Shown: positions 42,415-57,400 of the stretch, piece by piece
Numbering within the stretch: position 1 is the stretch's first letter
How the letters are laid out: the number at the start of each line of letters is the position of its first letter
Assembly (NCBI GenBank): GCA_964057225.1
Contig: OZ059895.1
Coordinates: 868,001-932,000 of the forward strand
Source of the DNA: Auanema rhodensis
Lineage: Eukaryota > Animalia > Nematoda
Reading direction: 5' to 3'
DNA length: 64,000 nt
The notes under the pieces: generated by a model
What the model saw: the letters and a program-made list of their open reading frames with translations, nothing else
Databases searched by the model: none
Told to the model about the DNA's origin: nothing
Made by a program: the position numbers and the translations under genes

Positions 42415-45400
42415 TAAGCTGCGTCGATCTGTGTTATCAGATTTGCGCTAGCTTAAAAATGCACCGAGATATCAACTGATATAAGTTCACACTTATATCC
42501 TCGATTTTCACCCTGAAGAATTAATTTTTTCGTTAAATAACATTGTCCATCGTCTTTGCCTTGAAAAATGGAATCTAAAAACATCTACTTTTTGCTAAAT
42601 TGTTTCGAAATTTTTCGAAAAAATTTTTGTCAAAATGTTTTTGGAAGCAATGTTGAGTGTACATGGAAACTCAACATACACAAATGCATCATTTTTCAAA
42701 CAATCATAACTAATTTGTGTATTAAGCGTTTCTCAATGTAGTTTAGTGCAATCGATGCGGATTTTTAAGCTGCGTCGATCTGTGTTATCAGATTTGCGCT
42801 AGCTTAAAAATGCACCGAGATATCAACTGATATAAGTTCACACTTATATCCTCGATTTTCACCCTGAAGAATTGATTTTTTCGTTGAAAAACATTGTCTA
42901 TCGTCTTTGCCTTGAAAAATGGAATCTAAAAACATCTACTTTTTGCTAAATTATTTTGAAATTTTTCGAAAAAATTTTTGTCAAAATGTTTTTGGAAGCA
43001 ATGTTGAGTGTACATGGAAACTCAACATACACTAATGCATCATTTTTCAAACGATCATAACTAATTTTTGTATCAAGCGTTTCTCGATGTAGTATAGTGC
43101 ATTCGTAGCGGATTTTTAAGCTGCGTCGATCTGTGTTATCAGATTTGCGCTAGCTTAAAAATGCACCGAGATATCAACTGATATAAGTTCACACTTATAT
43201 CCTCGATTTTCACCCTGAAGAATTGATTTTTTCGTTGAATAACATTGTCTATCGTCTTTGCCTTGAAAAATGGAAACTAAAAACATCTACTTTTTGCTTA
43301 ATTATTTTGAAATTTTTCGAAGAAATTTTTGTCAAAATGTTTTTGGAAGCAATGTTGAGTGTACATGGAAACTCAACATACACTAATGCATCATTTTTCA
43401 AACAATCATAACTAATTTGTGTATTAAGCGTTTCTCAATGTAGTATAGTGCATTCGATGCGGATTTTTAAGCTGCGTCGATCTGTGTTATCAGATTTGCG
43501 CTAGCTTAAAAATGCACCGAGATATCAACTGATATAAGTTCACACTTATATCCTCGATTTTCACCCTGAAGAATTGATTTTTTCGTTGAATAACATTGTC
43601 TATCGTCTTTGCCTTGAAAAATGGAATCCAAAAACATCTACTTTTTGCTAAATTATTTTGAAATTTTTCGAAAAAATTTTTGTCAAAATGTTTTTGGAAG
43701 CAATGTTGAGTGTACATGGAAACTCAACATACACTAATGCATCATTTTTCAAACAATCATAACTAATTTGTGTATCAAGCGTTTCTCGATGTAGTATAGT
43801 GCATTCGATGCGGATTTTTAAGCTGCGTCGATCTGTGTTATCAGATTTGCGCTAGCTTAAAAATGCACCGAGATATCAACTGATATAAGTTCACACTTAT
43901 ATCCTCGATTTTCACCCTGAAGAATTAATTTTTTTGTTAAATAACATTGTCCATCGTCTTTGCCTTGAAAAATGGAATCTAAAAACATCTACTTTTTGCT
44001 AAATTGTTTCGAAATTTTTCGAAAAAATTTTTGTCAAAATGTTTTTGGAAGCAATGTTGAGTGTACATGGAAACTCAACATACACAAATGCATCATTTTT
44101 CAAACAATCATAACTAATTTGTGTATTAAGCGTTTCTCAATGTAGTATAGTGCAATCGATGCGGATTTTTAAGCTGCGTCGATCTGTGTTATCAGATTTG
44201 CGCTAGCTTAAAAATGCACCGAGATGTCAACTGATATAAGTTCACACTTATATCCTCGATTTTCACCCTGAAGAATTGATTTTTTCGTTGAATAACATTG
44301 TCTATCGTCTTTGCCTTGAAAAATGGAATCTAAAAACATCTACTTTTTGCTAAATTATTTTGAAATTTTTCGAAAAAATTTTTGTCAAAATGTTTTTGGA
44401 AGCAATGTTGAGTGTACATGGAAACTCAACATACACTAATGCATCATTTTTCAAACAATCATAACTAATTTGTGTATTAAGCGTTTCTCAATGTAGTATA
44501 GTGCAATCGATGCGGATTTTTAAGCTGCGTCGATCTGTGTTATCAGATTTGCGCTAGCTTAAAAATGCACCGAGATATCAACTGATATAAGTTCACACTT
44601 ATATCCTCGATTTTCACCCTGAAGAATTGATTTTTTCGTTGAATAACATTGTCTATCGTCTTTGCCTTGAAAAATGGAAACTAAAAACATCTACTTTTTG
44701 CTAAATTATTTTGAAATTTTTCGAAGAAATTTTTGTCAAAATGTTTTTGGAAGCAATGTTGAGTGTACATGGAAACTCAACATACACTAATGCATCATTT
44801 TTCAAACAATCATAACTAATTTGTGTATTAAGCGTTTCTCAATGTAGTATAGTGCATTCGATGCGGATTTTTAAGCTGCGTCGATCTGTGTTATCAGATT
44901 TGCGCTAGCTTAAAAATGCACCGAGATATCAACTGATATAAGTTCACACTTATATCCTCGATTTTCACCCTGAAGAATTAATTTTTTCGTTAAATAACAT
45001 TGTCCATCGTCTTTGCCTTGAAAAATGGAATCTAAAAACATCTACTTTTTGCTAAATTGTTTCGAAATTTTTCGAAAAAATTTTTGTCAAAATGTTTTTG
45101 GAAGCAATGTTGAGTGTACATGGAAACTCAACATACACAAATGCATCATTTTTCAAACAATCATAACTAATTTGTGTATTAAGCGTTTCTCAATGTAGTA
45201 TAGTGCAATCGATGCGGATTTTTAAGCTGCGTCGATCTGTGTTATCAGATTTGCGCTAGCTTAAAAATGCACCGAGATATCAACTGATATAAGTTCACAC
45301 TTATATCCTCGATTTTCACCCTGAAGAATTGATTTTTTCGTTGAATAACATTGTCTATCGTCTTTGCCTTGAAAAATGGAATCTAAAAACATCTACTTTT

Positions 45401-48400
45401 TGCTAAATTATTTTGAAATTTTTCGAAAAAATTTTTGTCAAAATGTTTTTGGAAGCAATGTTGAGTGTACATGGAAACTCAACATACACTAATGCATCAT
45501 TTTTCAAACAATCATAACTAATTTGTGTATTAAGCGTTTCTCAATGTAGTATAGTGCAATCGATGCGGATTTTTAAGCTGCGTCGATCTGTGTTATCAGA
45601 TTTGCGCTAGCTTAAAAATGCACCGAGATATCAACTGATATAAGTTCACACTTATATCCTCGATTTTCACCCTGAAGAATTGATTTTTTCGTTGAATAAC
45701 ATTGTCTATCGTCTTTGCCTTGAAAAATGGAAACTAAAAACATCTACTTTTTGCTAAATTATTTTGAAATTTTTCGAAGAAATTTTTGTCAAAATGTTTT
45801 TGGAAGCAATGTTGAGTGTACATGGAAACTCAACATACACTAATGCATCATTTTTCAAACAATCATAACTAATTTGTGTATTAAGCGTTTCTCAATGTAG
45901 TATAGTGCATTCGATGCGGATTTTTAAGCTGCGTCGATCTGTGTTATCAGATTTGCGCTAGCTTAAAAATGCACCGAGATATCAACTGATATAAGTTCAC
46001 ACTTATATCCTCGATTTTCACCCTGAAGAATTAATTTTTTCGTTAAATAACATTGTCCATCGTCTTTGCCTTGAAAAATGGAATCTAAAAACATCTACTT
46101 TTTGCTAAATTGTTTCGAAATTTTTCGAAAAAATTTTTGTCAAAATGTTTTTGGAAGCAATGTTGAGTGTACATGGAAACTCAACATACACAAATGCATC
46201 ATTTTTCAAACAATCATAACTAATTTGTGTATTAAGCGTTTCTCAATGTAGTATAGTGCAATCGATGCGGATTTTTAAGCTGCGTCGATCTGTGTTATCA
46301 GATTTGCGCTAGCTTAAAAATGCACCGAGATATCAACTGATATAAGTTCACACTTATATCCTCGATTTTCACCCTGAAGAATTGATTTTTTCGTTGAATA
46401 ACATTGTCTATCGTCTTTGCCTTGAAAAATGGAAACTAAAAACATCTACTTTTTGCTAAATTATTTTGAAATTTTTCGAAGAAATTTTTGTCAAAATGTT
46501 TTTGGAAGCAATGTTGAGTGTACATGGAAACTCAACATACACTAATGCATCATTTTTCAAACAATCATAACTAATTTGTGTATTAAGCGTTTCTCAATGT
46601 AGTATAGTGCATTCGATGCGGATTTTTAAGCTGCGTCGATCTGTGTTATCAGATTTGCGCTAGCTTAAAAATGCACCGAGATATCAACTGATATAAGTTC
46701 ACACTTATATCCTCGATTTTCACCCTGAAGAATTAATTTTTTCGTTAAATAACATTGTCCATCGTCTTTGCCTTGAAAAATGGAATCTAAAAACATCTAC
46801 TTTTTGCTAAATTGTTTCGAAATTTTTCGAAAAAATTTTTGTCAAAATGTTTTTGGAAGCAATGTTGAGTGTACATGGAAACTCAACATACACAAATGCA
46901 TCATTTTTCAAACAATCATAACTAATTTGTGTATTAAGCGTTTCTCAATGTAGTATAGTGCAATCGATGCGGATTTTTAAGCTGCGTCGATCTGTGTTAT
47001 CAGATTTGCGCTAGCTTAAAAATGCACCGAGATATCAACTGATATAAGTTCACACTTATATCCTCGATTTTCACCCTGAAGAATTGATTTTTTCGTTGAA
47101 TAACATTGTCTATCGTCTTTGCCTTAAAAAATGGAATCTAAAAACATCTACTTTTTGCTAAATTATTTTGAAATTTTTCGAAAAAATTTTTGTCAAAATG
47201 TTTTTGGAAGCAATGTTGAGTGTACATGGAAACTCAACATACACTAATGCATCATTTTTCAAACAATCATAACTAATTTGTGTATTAAGCGTTTCTCAAT
47301 GTAGTATAGTGCAATCGATGCGGATTTTTAAGCTGCGTCGATCTGTGTTATCAGATTTGCGCTAGCTTAAAAATGCACCGAGATATCAACTGATATAAGT
47401 TCACACTTATATCCTCGATTTTCACCCTGAAGAATTGATTTTTTCGTTGAATAACATTGTCTATCGTCTTTGCCTTGAAAAATGGAAACTAAAAACATCT
47501 ACTTTTTGCTAAATTATTTTGAAATTTTTCGAAGAAATTTTTGTCAAAATGTTTTTGGAAGCAATGTTGAGTGTACATGGAAACTCAACATACACTAATG
47601 CATCATTTTTCAAACAATCATAACTAATTTGTGTATTAAGCGTTTCTCAATGTAGTATAGTGCAATCGATGCGGATTTTTAAGCTGCGTCGATCTGTGTT
47701 ATCAGATTTGCGCTAGCTTAAAAATGCACCGAGATATCAACTGATATAAGTTCACACTTATATCCTCGATTTTCACCCTGAAGAATTGATTTTTTCGTTG
47801 AATAACATTGTCTATCGTCTTTGCCTTGAAAAATGGGATCTAAAAACATCTACTTTTTGCTAAATTACTTTGAAATTTTTCGAAAAAATTTTTGTCAAAA
47901 TGTTTTTGGAAGCAATGTTGAGTGTACATGGAAACTCAACATACACTAATGCATCATTTTTCAAACGATCATAACTAATTTTTGTATCAAGCGTTTCTCG
48001 ATGTAGTATAGTGCATTCGATGCGGATTTTTAAGCTGCGTCGATCTGTGTTATCAGATTTGCGCTAGCTTAAAAATGCACCGAGATATCAACTGATATAA
48101 GTTCACACTTATATCCTCGATTTTCACCCTGAAGAATTAATTTTTTCGTTAAATAACATTGTCCATCGTCTTTGCCTTGAAAAATGGAATCTAAAAACAT
48201 CTACTTTTTGCTAAATTATTTTGAATATTTTCGAAAAAATTTTTGTCAAAATGTTTTTGGAAGCAATGTTGAGTGTACATGGAAACTCAACATACACTAA
48301 TGCATCATTTTTCAAACAATCATAACTAATTTGTGTATTAAGCGTTTCTCAATGTAGTATAGTGCAATCGATGCGGATTTTTAAGCTGCGTCGATCTGTG

Positions 48401-51400
48401 TTATCAGATTTGCGCTAGCTTAAAAATGCACCGAGATATCAACTGATATAAGTTCACACTTATATCCTCGATTTTCACCCTGAAGAATTGATTTTTTCGT
48501 TGAATAACATTGTCTATCGTCTTTGCCTTGAAAAATGGAATCTAAAAACATCTACTTTTTGCTAAATTATTTTGAAATTTTTCGAAAAAATTTTTGTCAA
48601 AATGTTTTTGGAAGCAATGCTGAGTGTACATGGAAACTCAACATACACTAATGCATCATTTTTCAAACGATCATAACTAATTTTTGTATCAAGCGTTTCT
48701 CGATGTAGTATAGTGCATTCGTAGCGGATTTTTAAGCTGCGTCGATCTGTGTTATCAGATTTGCGCTAGCTTAAAAATGCACCGAGATATCAACTGATAT
48801 AAGTTCACACTTATATCCTCGATTTTCACCCTGAAGAATTAATTTTTTCGTTGAATAACATTGTCCATCGTCTTTGCCTTGAAAAATGGAATCTAAAAAC
48901 ATCTACTTTTTGCTAAATTACTTTGAAATTTTTCGAAAAAATTTTTGTCAAAATGTTTTTGGAAGCAATGTTGAGTGTACATGGAAACTCAACATACACT
49001 AATGCATCATTTTTCAAACGATCATAACTAATTTTTGTATCAAGCGTTTCTCGATGTAGTATAGTGCATTCGATGCGGATTTTTAAGCTGCGTCGATCTG
49101 TGTTATCAGATTTGCGCTAGCTTAAAAATGCACCGAGATATCAACTGATATAAGTTCACACTTATATCCTCGATTTTCACCCTGAAGAATTAATTTTTTC
49201 GTTAAAGAACATTGTCCATCGTCTTTGCCTTGAAAAATGGAATCTAAAAACATCTACTTTTTGCTAAATTATTTTGAATATTTTCGAAAAAATTTTTGTC
49301 AAAATGTTTTTGGAAGCAATGTTGAGTGTACATGGAAACTCAACATACACTAATGCATCATTTTTCAAACAATCATAACTAATTTGTGTATTAAGCGTTT
49401 CTCAATGTAGTATAGTGCAATCGATGCGGATTTTTAAGCTGCGTCGATCTGTGTTATCAGATTTGCGCTAGCTTAAAAATGCACCGAGATATCAACTGAT
49501 ATAAGTTCACACTTATATCCTCGATTTTCACCCTGAAGAATTGATTTTTTCGTTGAATAACATTGTCTATCGTCTTTGCCTTGAAAAATGGGATCTAAAA
49601 ACATCTACTTTTTGCTAAATTACTTTGAAATTTTTCGAAAAAATTTTTGTCAAAATGTTTTTGGAAGCAATGTTGAGTGTACATGGAAACTCAACATACA
49701 CTAATGCATCATTTTTCAAACGATCATAACTAATTTTTGTATCAAGCGTTTCTCGATGTAGTATAGTGCATTCGATGCGGATTTTTAAGCTGCGTCGATC
49801 TGTGTTATCAGATTTGCGCTAGCTTAAAAATGCACCGAGATATCAACTGATATAAGTTCACACTTATATCCTCGATTTTCACCCTGAAGAATTAATTTTT
49901 TCGTTAAATAACATTGTCCATCGTCTTTGCCTTGAAAAATGGAATCTAAAAACATCTACTTTTTGCTAAATTATTTTGAATATTTTCGAAAAAATTTTTG
50001 TCAAAATGTTTTTGGAAGCAATGTTGAGTGTACATGGAAACTCAACATACACTAATGCATCATTTTTCAAACAATCATAACTAATTTGTGTATTAAGCGT
50101 TTCTCAATGTAGTATAGTGCAATCGATGCGGATTTTTAAGCTGCGTCGATCTGTGTTATCAGATTTGCGCTAGCTTAAAAATGCACCGAGATATCAACTG
50201 ATATAAGTTCACACTTATATCCTCGATTTTCACCCTGAAGAATTGATTTTTTCGTTGAATAACATTGTCTATCGTCTTTGCCTTGAAAAATGGAATCTAA
50301 AAACATCTACTTTTTGCTAAATTATTTTGAAATTTTTCGAAAAAATTTTTGTCAAAATGTTTTTGGAAGCAATGCTGAGTGTACATGGAAACTCAACATA
50401 CACTAATGCATCATTTTTCAAACGATCATAACTAATTTTTGTATCAAGCGTTTCTCGATGTAGTATAGTGCATTCGTAGCGGATTTTTAAGCTGCGTCGA
50501 TCTGTGTTATCAGATTTGCGCTAGCTTAAAAATGCACCGAGATATCAACTGATATAAGTTCACACTTATATCCTCGATTTTCACCCTGAAGAATTAATTT
50601 TTTCGTTGAATAACATTGTCCATCGTCTTTGCCTTGAAAAATGGAATCTAAAAACATCTACTTTTTGCTAAATTACTTTGAAATTATTCGAAAAAATTTT
50701 TGTCAAAATGTTTTTGGAAGCAATGTTGAGTGTACATGGAAACTCAACATACACTAATGCATCATTTTTCAAACGATCATAACTAATTTTTGTATCAAGC
50801 GTTTCTCGATGTAGTATAGTGCATTCGATGCGGATTTTTAAGCTGCGTCGATCTGTGTTATCAGATTTGCGCTAGCTTAAAAATGCACCGAGATATCAAC
50901 TGATATAAGTTCACACTTATATCCTCGATTTTCACCCTGAAGAATTAATTTTTTCGTTAAAGAACATTGTCCATCGTCTTTGCCTTGAAAAATGGAATCT
51001 AAAAACATCTACTTTTTGCTAAATTATTTTGAATATTTTCGAAAAAATTTTTGTCAAAATGTTTTTGGAAGCAATGTTGAGTGTACATGGAAACTCAACA
51101 TACACTAATGCATCATTTTTCAAACAATCATAACTAATTTGTGTATTAAGCGTTTCTCAATGTAGTATAGTGCAATCGATGCGGATTTTTAAGCTGCGTC
51201 GATCTGTGTTATCAGATTTGCGCTAGCTGAAAAATGCACCGAGATATCAACTGATATAAGTTCACACTTATATCCTCGATTTTCACCCTGAAGAATTGAC
51301 TTTTTCGTTGAATAACATTGTCTATCGTCTTTGCCTTGAAAAATGGAATCTAAAAACATCTACTTTTTGCTAAATTATTTTGAAATTTTTCGAAAAAATT

Positions 51401-54400
51401 TTTGTCAAAATGTTTTTGGAAGCAATGTTGAGTGTACATGGAAACTCAACATACACTAATGCATCATTTTTCAAACGATCATAACTAATTTTTGTATCAA
51501 GCGTTTCTCGATGTAGTATAGTGCATTCGTAGCGGATTTTTAAGCTGCGTCGATCTGTGTTATCAGATTTGCGCTAGCTTAAAAATGCACCGAGATATCA
51601 ACTGATATAAGTTCACACTTATATCCTCGATTTTCACCCTGAAGAATTAATTTTTTCGTTGAATAACATTGTCCATCGTCTTTGCCTTGAAAAATGGAAT
51701 CTAAAAACATCTACTTTTCGCTAAATTATTTTGAAATTTTTCGAAAAAATTTTTGTCAAAATGTTTTTGGAAGCAATGTTGAGTGTACATGGAAACTCAA
51801 CATACACTAATGCATCATTTTTCAAACGATCATAACTAATTTTTGTATTAAGCGTTTCTCAATGTAGTATAGTGCAATCGATGCGGATTTTTAAGCTGCG
51901 TCGATCTGTGTTATCAGATTTGCGCTAGCTTAAAAATGCACCGAGATATCAACTGATATAAGTTCACACTTATATCCTCGATTTTCACCCTGAAGAATTG
52001 ATTTTTTCGTTGAATAACATTGTCTATCGTCTTTGCCTTGAAAAATGGAATCTAAAAACATCTACTTTTTGCTAAATTATTTTGAATATTTTCGAAAAAA
52101 TTTTTGTCAAAATGTTTTTGGAAGCAATGTTGAGTGTACATGGAAACTCAACATACACTAATGCATCATTTTTCAAACAATCATAACTAATTTGTGTATT
52201 AAGCGTTTCTCAATGTAGTATAGTGCAATCGATGCGGATTTTTAAGCTGCGTCGATCTGTGTTATCAGATTTGCGCTAGCTGAAAAATGCACCGAGATAT
52301 CAACTGATATAAGTTCACACTTATATCCTCGATTTTCACCCTGAAGAATTGATTTTTTCGTTGAATAACATTGTCTATCGTCTTTGCCTTGAAAAATGGA
52401 ATCTAAAAACATCTACTTTTTGCTAAATTATTTTGAAATTTTTCGAAAAAATTTTTGTCAAAATGTTTTTGGAAGCAATGTTGAGTGTACATGGAAACTC
52501 AACATACACTAATGCATCATTTTTCAAACGATCATAACTAATTTTTGTATCAAGCGTTTCTCGATGTAGTATAGTGCATTCGTAGCGGATTTTTAAGCTG
52601 CGTCGATCTGTGTTATCAGATTTGCGCTAGCTTAAAAATGCACCGAGATATCAACTGATATAAGTTCACACTTATATCCTCGATTTTCACCCTGAAGAAT
52701 TAATTTTTTCGTTGAATAACATTGTCCATCGTCTTTGCCTTGAAAAATGGAATCTAAAAACATCTACTTTTCGCTAAATTATTTTGAAATTTTTCGAAAA
52801 AATTTTTGTCAAAATGTTTTTGGAAGCAATGTTGAGTGTACATGGAAACTCAACATACACTAATGCATCATTTTTCAAACGATCATAACTAATTTTTGTA
52901 TTAAGCGTTTCTCAATGTAGTATAGTGCAATCGATGCGGATTTTTAAGCTGCGTCGATCTGTGTTATCAGATTTGCGCTAGCTTAAAAATGCACCGAGAT
53001 ATCAACTGATATAAGTTCACACTTATATCCTCGATTTTCACCCTGAAGAATTGATTTTTTCGTTGAATAACATTGTCTATCGTCTTTGCCTTGAAAAATG
53101 GAATCTAAAAACATCTACTTTTTGCTAAATTATTTTGAAATTTTTCGAAAAAATTTTTGTCAAAATGTTTTTGGAAGCAATGTTGAGTGTACATGGAAAC
53201 TCAACATACACTAATGCATCATTTTTCAAACGATCATAACTAATTTTTGTATCAAGCGTTTCTCGATGTAGTATAGTGCATTCGATGCGGATTTTTAAGC
53301 TGCGTCGATCTGTGTTATCAGATTTGCGCTAGCTTAAAAATGCACCGAGATATCAACTGATATAAGTTCACACTTATATCCTCGATTTTCACCCTGAAGA
53401 ATTAATTTTTTCGTTGAATAACATTGTCCATCGTCTTTGCCTTGAAAAATGGAATCTAAAAACATCTACTTTTTGCTAAATTATTATGAAATTTTTCGAA
53501 AAAATTTTTGTCAAAATGTTTTTGGAAGCAATGTTGAGTGTACATGGAAACTCAACATACACTAATGCATCATTTTTCAAACGATCATAACTAATTTTTG
53601 TATCAAGCGTTTCTCGATGTAGTATAGTGCATTCGATGCGGATTTTTAAGCTGCGTCGATCTGTGTTATCAGATTTGCGCTAGCTTAAAAATGCACCGAG
53701 ATATCAACTGATATACGTTCACACTTATATCCTCGATTTTCACCCTGAAGAATTGATTTTTTCGTTGAATAACATTGTCTATCGTCTTTGCCTTGAAAAA
53801 TGGAATCTAAAAACATCTACTTTTTGCTAAATTATTTTGAAATTTTTCGAAGAAATTTTTGTCAAAATGTTTTTGGAAGCAATGTTGAGTGTACATGGAA
53901 ACTCAACATACACTAATGCATCATTTTTCAAACGATCATAACTAATTTTTGTATCAAGCGTTTCTCGATGTAGTATAGTGCATTCGTAGCGGATTTTTAA
54001 GCTGCGTCGATCTGTGTTATCAGATTTGCGCTAGCTTAAAAATGCACCGAGATATCAACTGATATAAGTTCACACTTATATCCTCGATTTTCACCCTGAA
54101 GAATTAATTTTTTCGTTGAATAACATTGTCCATCGTCTTTGCCTTGAAAAATGGAATCTAAAAACATCTACTTTTCGCTAAATTATTTTGAAATTTTTCG
54201 AAAAAATTTTTGTCAAAATGTTTTTGGAAGCAATGTTGAGTGTACATGGAAACTCAACATACACTAATGCATCATTTTTCAAACGATCATAACTAATTTT
54301 TGTATTAAGCGTTTCTCAATGTAGTATAGTGCAATCGATGCGGATTTTTAAGCTGCGTCGATCTGTGTTATCAGATTTGCGCTAGCTTAAAAATGCACCG

Positions 54401-57400
54401 AGATATCAACTGATATAAGTTCACACTTATATCCTCGATTTTCACCCTGAAGAATTGATTTTTTCGTTGAATAACATTGTCTATCGTCTTTGCCTTGAAA
54501 AATGGAATCTAAAAACATCTACTTTTTGCTAAATTATTTTGAAATTTTTCGAAAAAATTTTTGTCAAAATGTTTTTGGAAGCAATGTTGAGTGTACATGG
54601 AAACTCAACATACACTAATGCATCATTTTTCAAACGATCATAACTAATTTTTGTATCAAGCGTTTCTCGATGTAGTATAGTGCATTCGATGCGGATTTTT
54701 AAGCTGCGTCGATCTGTGTTATCAGATTTGCGCTAGCTTAAAAATGCACCGAGATATCAACTGATATAAGTTCACACTTATATCCTCGATTTTCACCCTG
54801 AAGAATTAATTTTTTCGTTGAATAACATTGTCCATCGTCTTTGCCTTGAAAAATGGAATCTAAAAACATCTACTTTTTGCTAAATTATTATGAAATTTTT
54901 CGAAAAAATTTTTGTCAAAATGTTTTTGGAAGCAATGTTGAGTGTACATGGAAACTCAACATACACTAATGCATCATTTTTCAAACGATCATAACTAATT
55001 TTTGTATCAAGCGTTTCTCGATGTAGTATAGTGCATTCGATGCGGATTTTTAAGCTGCGTCGATCTGTGTTATCAGATTTGCGCTAGCTTAAAAATGCAC
55101 CGAGATATCATCTGATATACGTTCACACTTATATCCTCGATTTTCACCCTGAAGAATTGATTTTTTCGTTGAATAACATTGTCTATCGTCTTTGCCTTGA
55201 AAAATGGAATCTAAAAACATCTACTTTTTGCTAAATTATTTTGAAATTTTTCGAAGAAATTTTTGTCAAAATGTTTTTGGAAGCAATGTTGAGTGTACAT
55301 GGAAACTCAACATACACTAATGCATCATTTTTCAAACAATCATAACTAATTTGTGTATTAAGCGTTTCTCAATGTAGTATAGTGCATTCGATGCGGATTT
55401 TTAAGCTGCGTCGATCTGTGTTATCAGATTTGCGCTAGCTTAAAAATGCACCGAGATATCAACTGATATAAGTTTACACTTATATCCTCGATTTTCACCC
55501 TGAAGAATTGATTTTTTCGTTGAATAACATTGTCTATCGTCTTTGCCTTGAAAAATGAAATCTAAAAACATCTACTTTTTGCTAAATTATTTTGAAATTT
55601 TTCGAAAAAATTTTTGTCAAAATGTTTTTGGAAGCAATGTTGAGTGTACATGGAAACTCAACATACACTAATGCATCATTTTTCAAACAATCATAACTAA
55701 TTTTTGTATTGAGCGTTTCTCAATGTAGTATAGTACATTCGATGCGGATTTTTAAGCTGCGTCGATCTGTGTTATCAGATTTGCGCTAGCTTAAAAATGC
55801 ACCGAGATATCAACTGATATAAGTTCACACTTATATCCTCGATTTTCACCCTGAAGAATTGATTTTTTCGTTGAATAACATTGTCTATCGTCTTTGCCTT
55901 GAAAAATGAAATCTAAAAACATCTACTTTTTGCTAAATTATTTTGAAATTTTTCGAAAAAATTTTTGTCAAAATGTTTTTGGAAGCAATGTTGAGTGTAC
56001 ATGGAAACTCAACATACACTAATGCATCATTTTTCAAACAATCATAACTAATTTTTGTATTGAGCGTTTCTCAATGTAGTATAGTACATTCGATGCGGAT
56101 TTTTAAGCTGCGTCGATCTGTGTTATCAGATTTGCGCTAGCTTAAAAATGCACCGAGATATCAACTGATATAAGTTCACACTTATATCCTCGATTTTCAC
56201 CCTGAAGAATTGATTTTTTCGTTGAATAACATTGTCTATCGTCTTTGCCTTGAAAAATGAAATCTAAAAACATCTACTTTTTGCTAAATTATTTTGAAAT
56301 TTTTCGAAAAAATTTTTGTCAAAATGTTTTTGGAAGCAATGTTGAGTGTACATGGAAACTCAACATACACTAATGCATCATTTTTCAAACAATCATAACT
56401 AATTTGTGTATTAAGCGTTTCTCAATGTAGTATAGTACATTCGATGCGGATTTTTAAGCTGCGTCGATCTGTGTTATCAGATTTGCGCTAGCTTAAAAAT
56501 GCACCGAGATATCAACTGATATAAGTTCACACTTATATCCTCGATTTTCACCCTGAAGAATTGATTTTTTCGTTGAATAACATTGTCTATCGTCTTTGCC
56601 TTGAAAAATGAAATCTAAAAACATCTACTTTTTGCTAAATTATTTTGAAATTTTTCGAAAAAATTTTTGTCAAAATGTTTTTGGAAGCAATGTTGAGTGT
56701 ACATGGAAACTCAACATACACTAATGCATCATTTTTCAAACGATCATAACTAATTTTTGTATCAAGCGTTTCTCGATGTAGTATAGTGCATTCGATGCGG
56801 ATTTTTAAGCTGCGTCGATCTGTGTTTTCAGATTTGCGCTAGCTTAAAAATGCACCGAGATATCAACTGATATAAGTTCACACTTATATCCTCGATTTTC
56901 ACCCTGAAGAATTAATTTTTTCGTTGAATAACATTGTCCATCGTCTTTGCCTTGAAAAATGGAATCTAAAAACATCTACTTTTTGCTAAATTATTTTGAA
57001 ATTTTTCGAAGAAATTTTTGTCAAAATGTTTTTGGAAGCAATGTTGAGTGTACATGGAAACTCAACATACACTAATGCATCATTTTTCAAACGATCATAA
57101 CTAATTTTTGTATCAAGCTTTTCTCAATGTAGTATAGTGCATTCGATGCGGATTTTTAAGCTGCGTCGATCTGTGTTATCAGATTTGCGCTAGCTTAAAA
57201 ATGCACCGAGATATCAACTGATATAAGTTCACACTTATATCCTCGATTTTCACCCTGAAGAATTAATTTTTTCGTTGAATAACATTGTCTATCGTCTTTG
57301 CCTTGAGAAATGGAATCTAAAAACATCTACTTTTTGCTAAATTATTTTGAAATTTTTCGAAAAAATTTTTGTCAAAATGTTTTTGGAAGCAATGTTGAGT

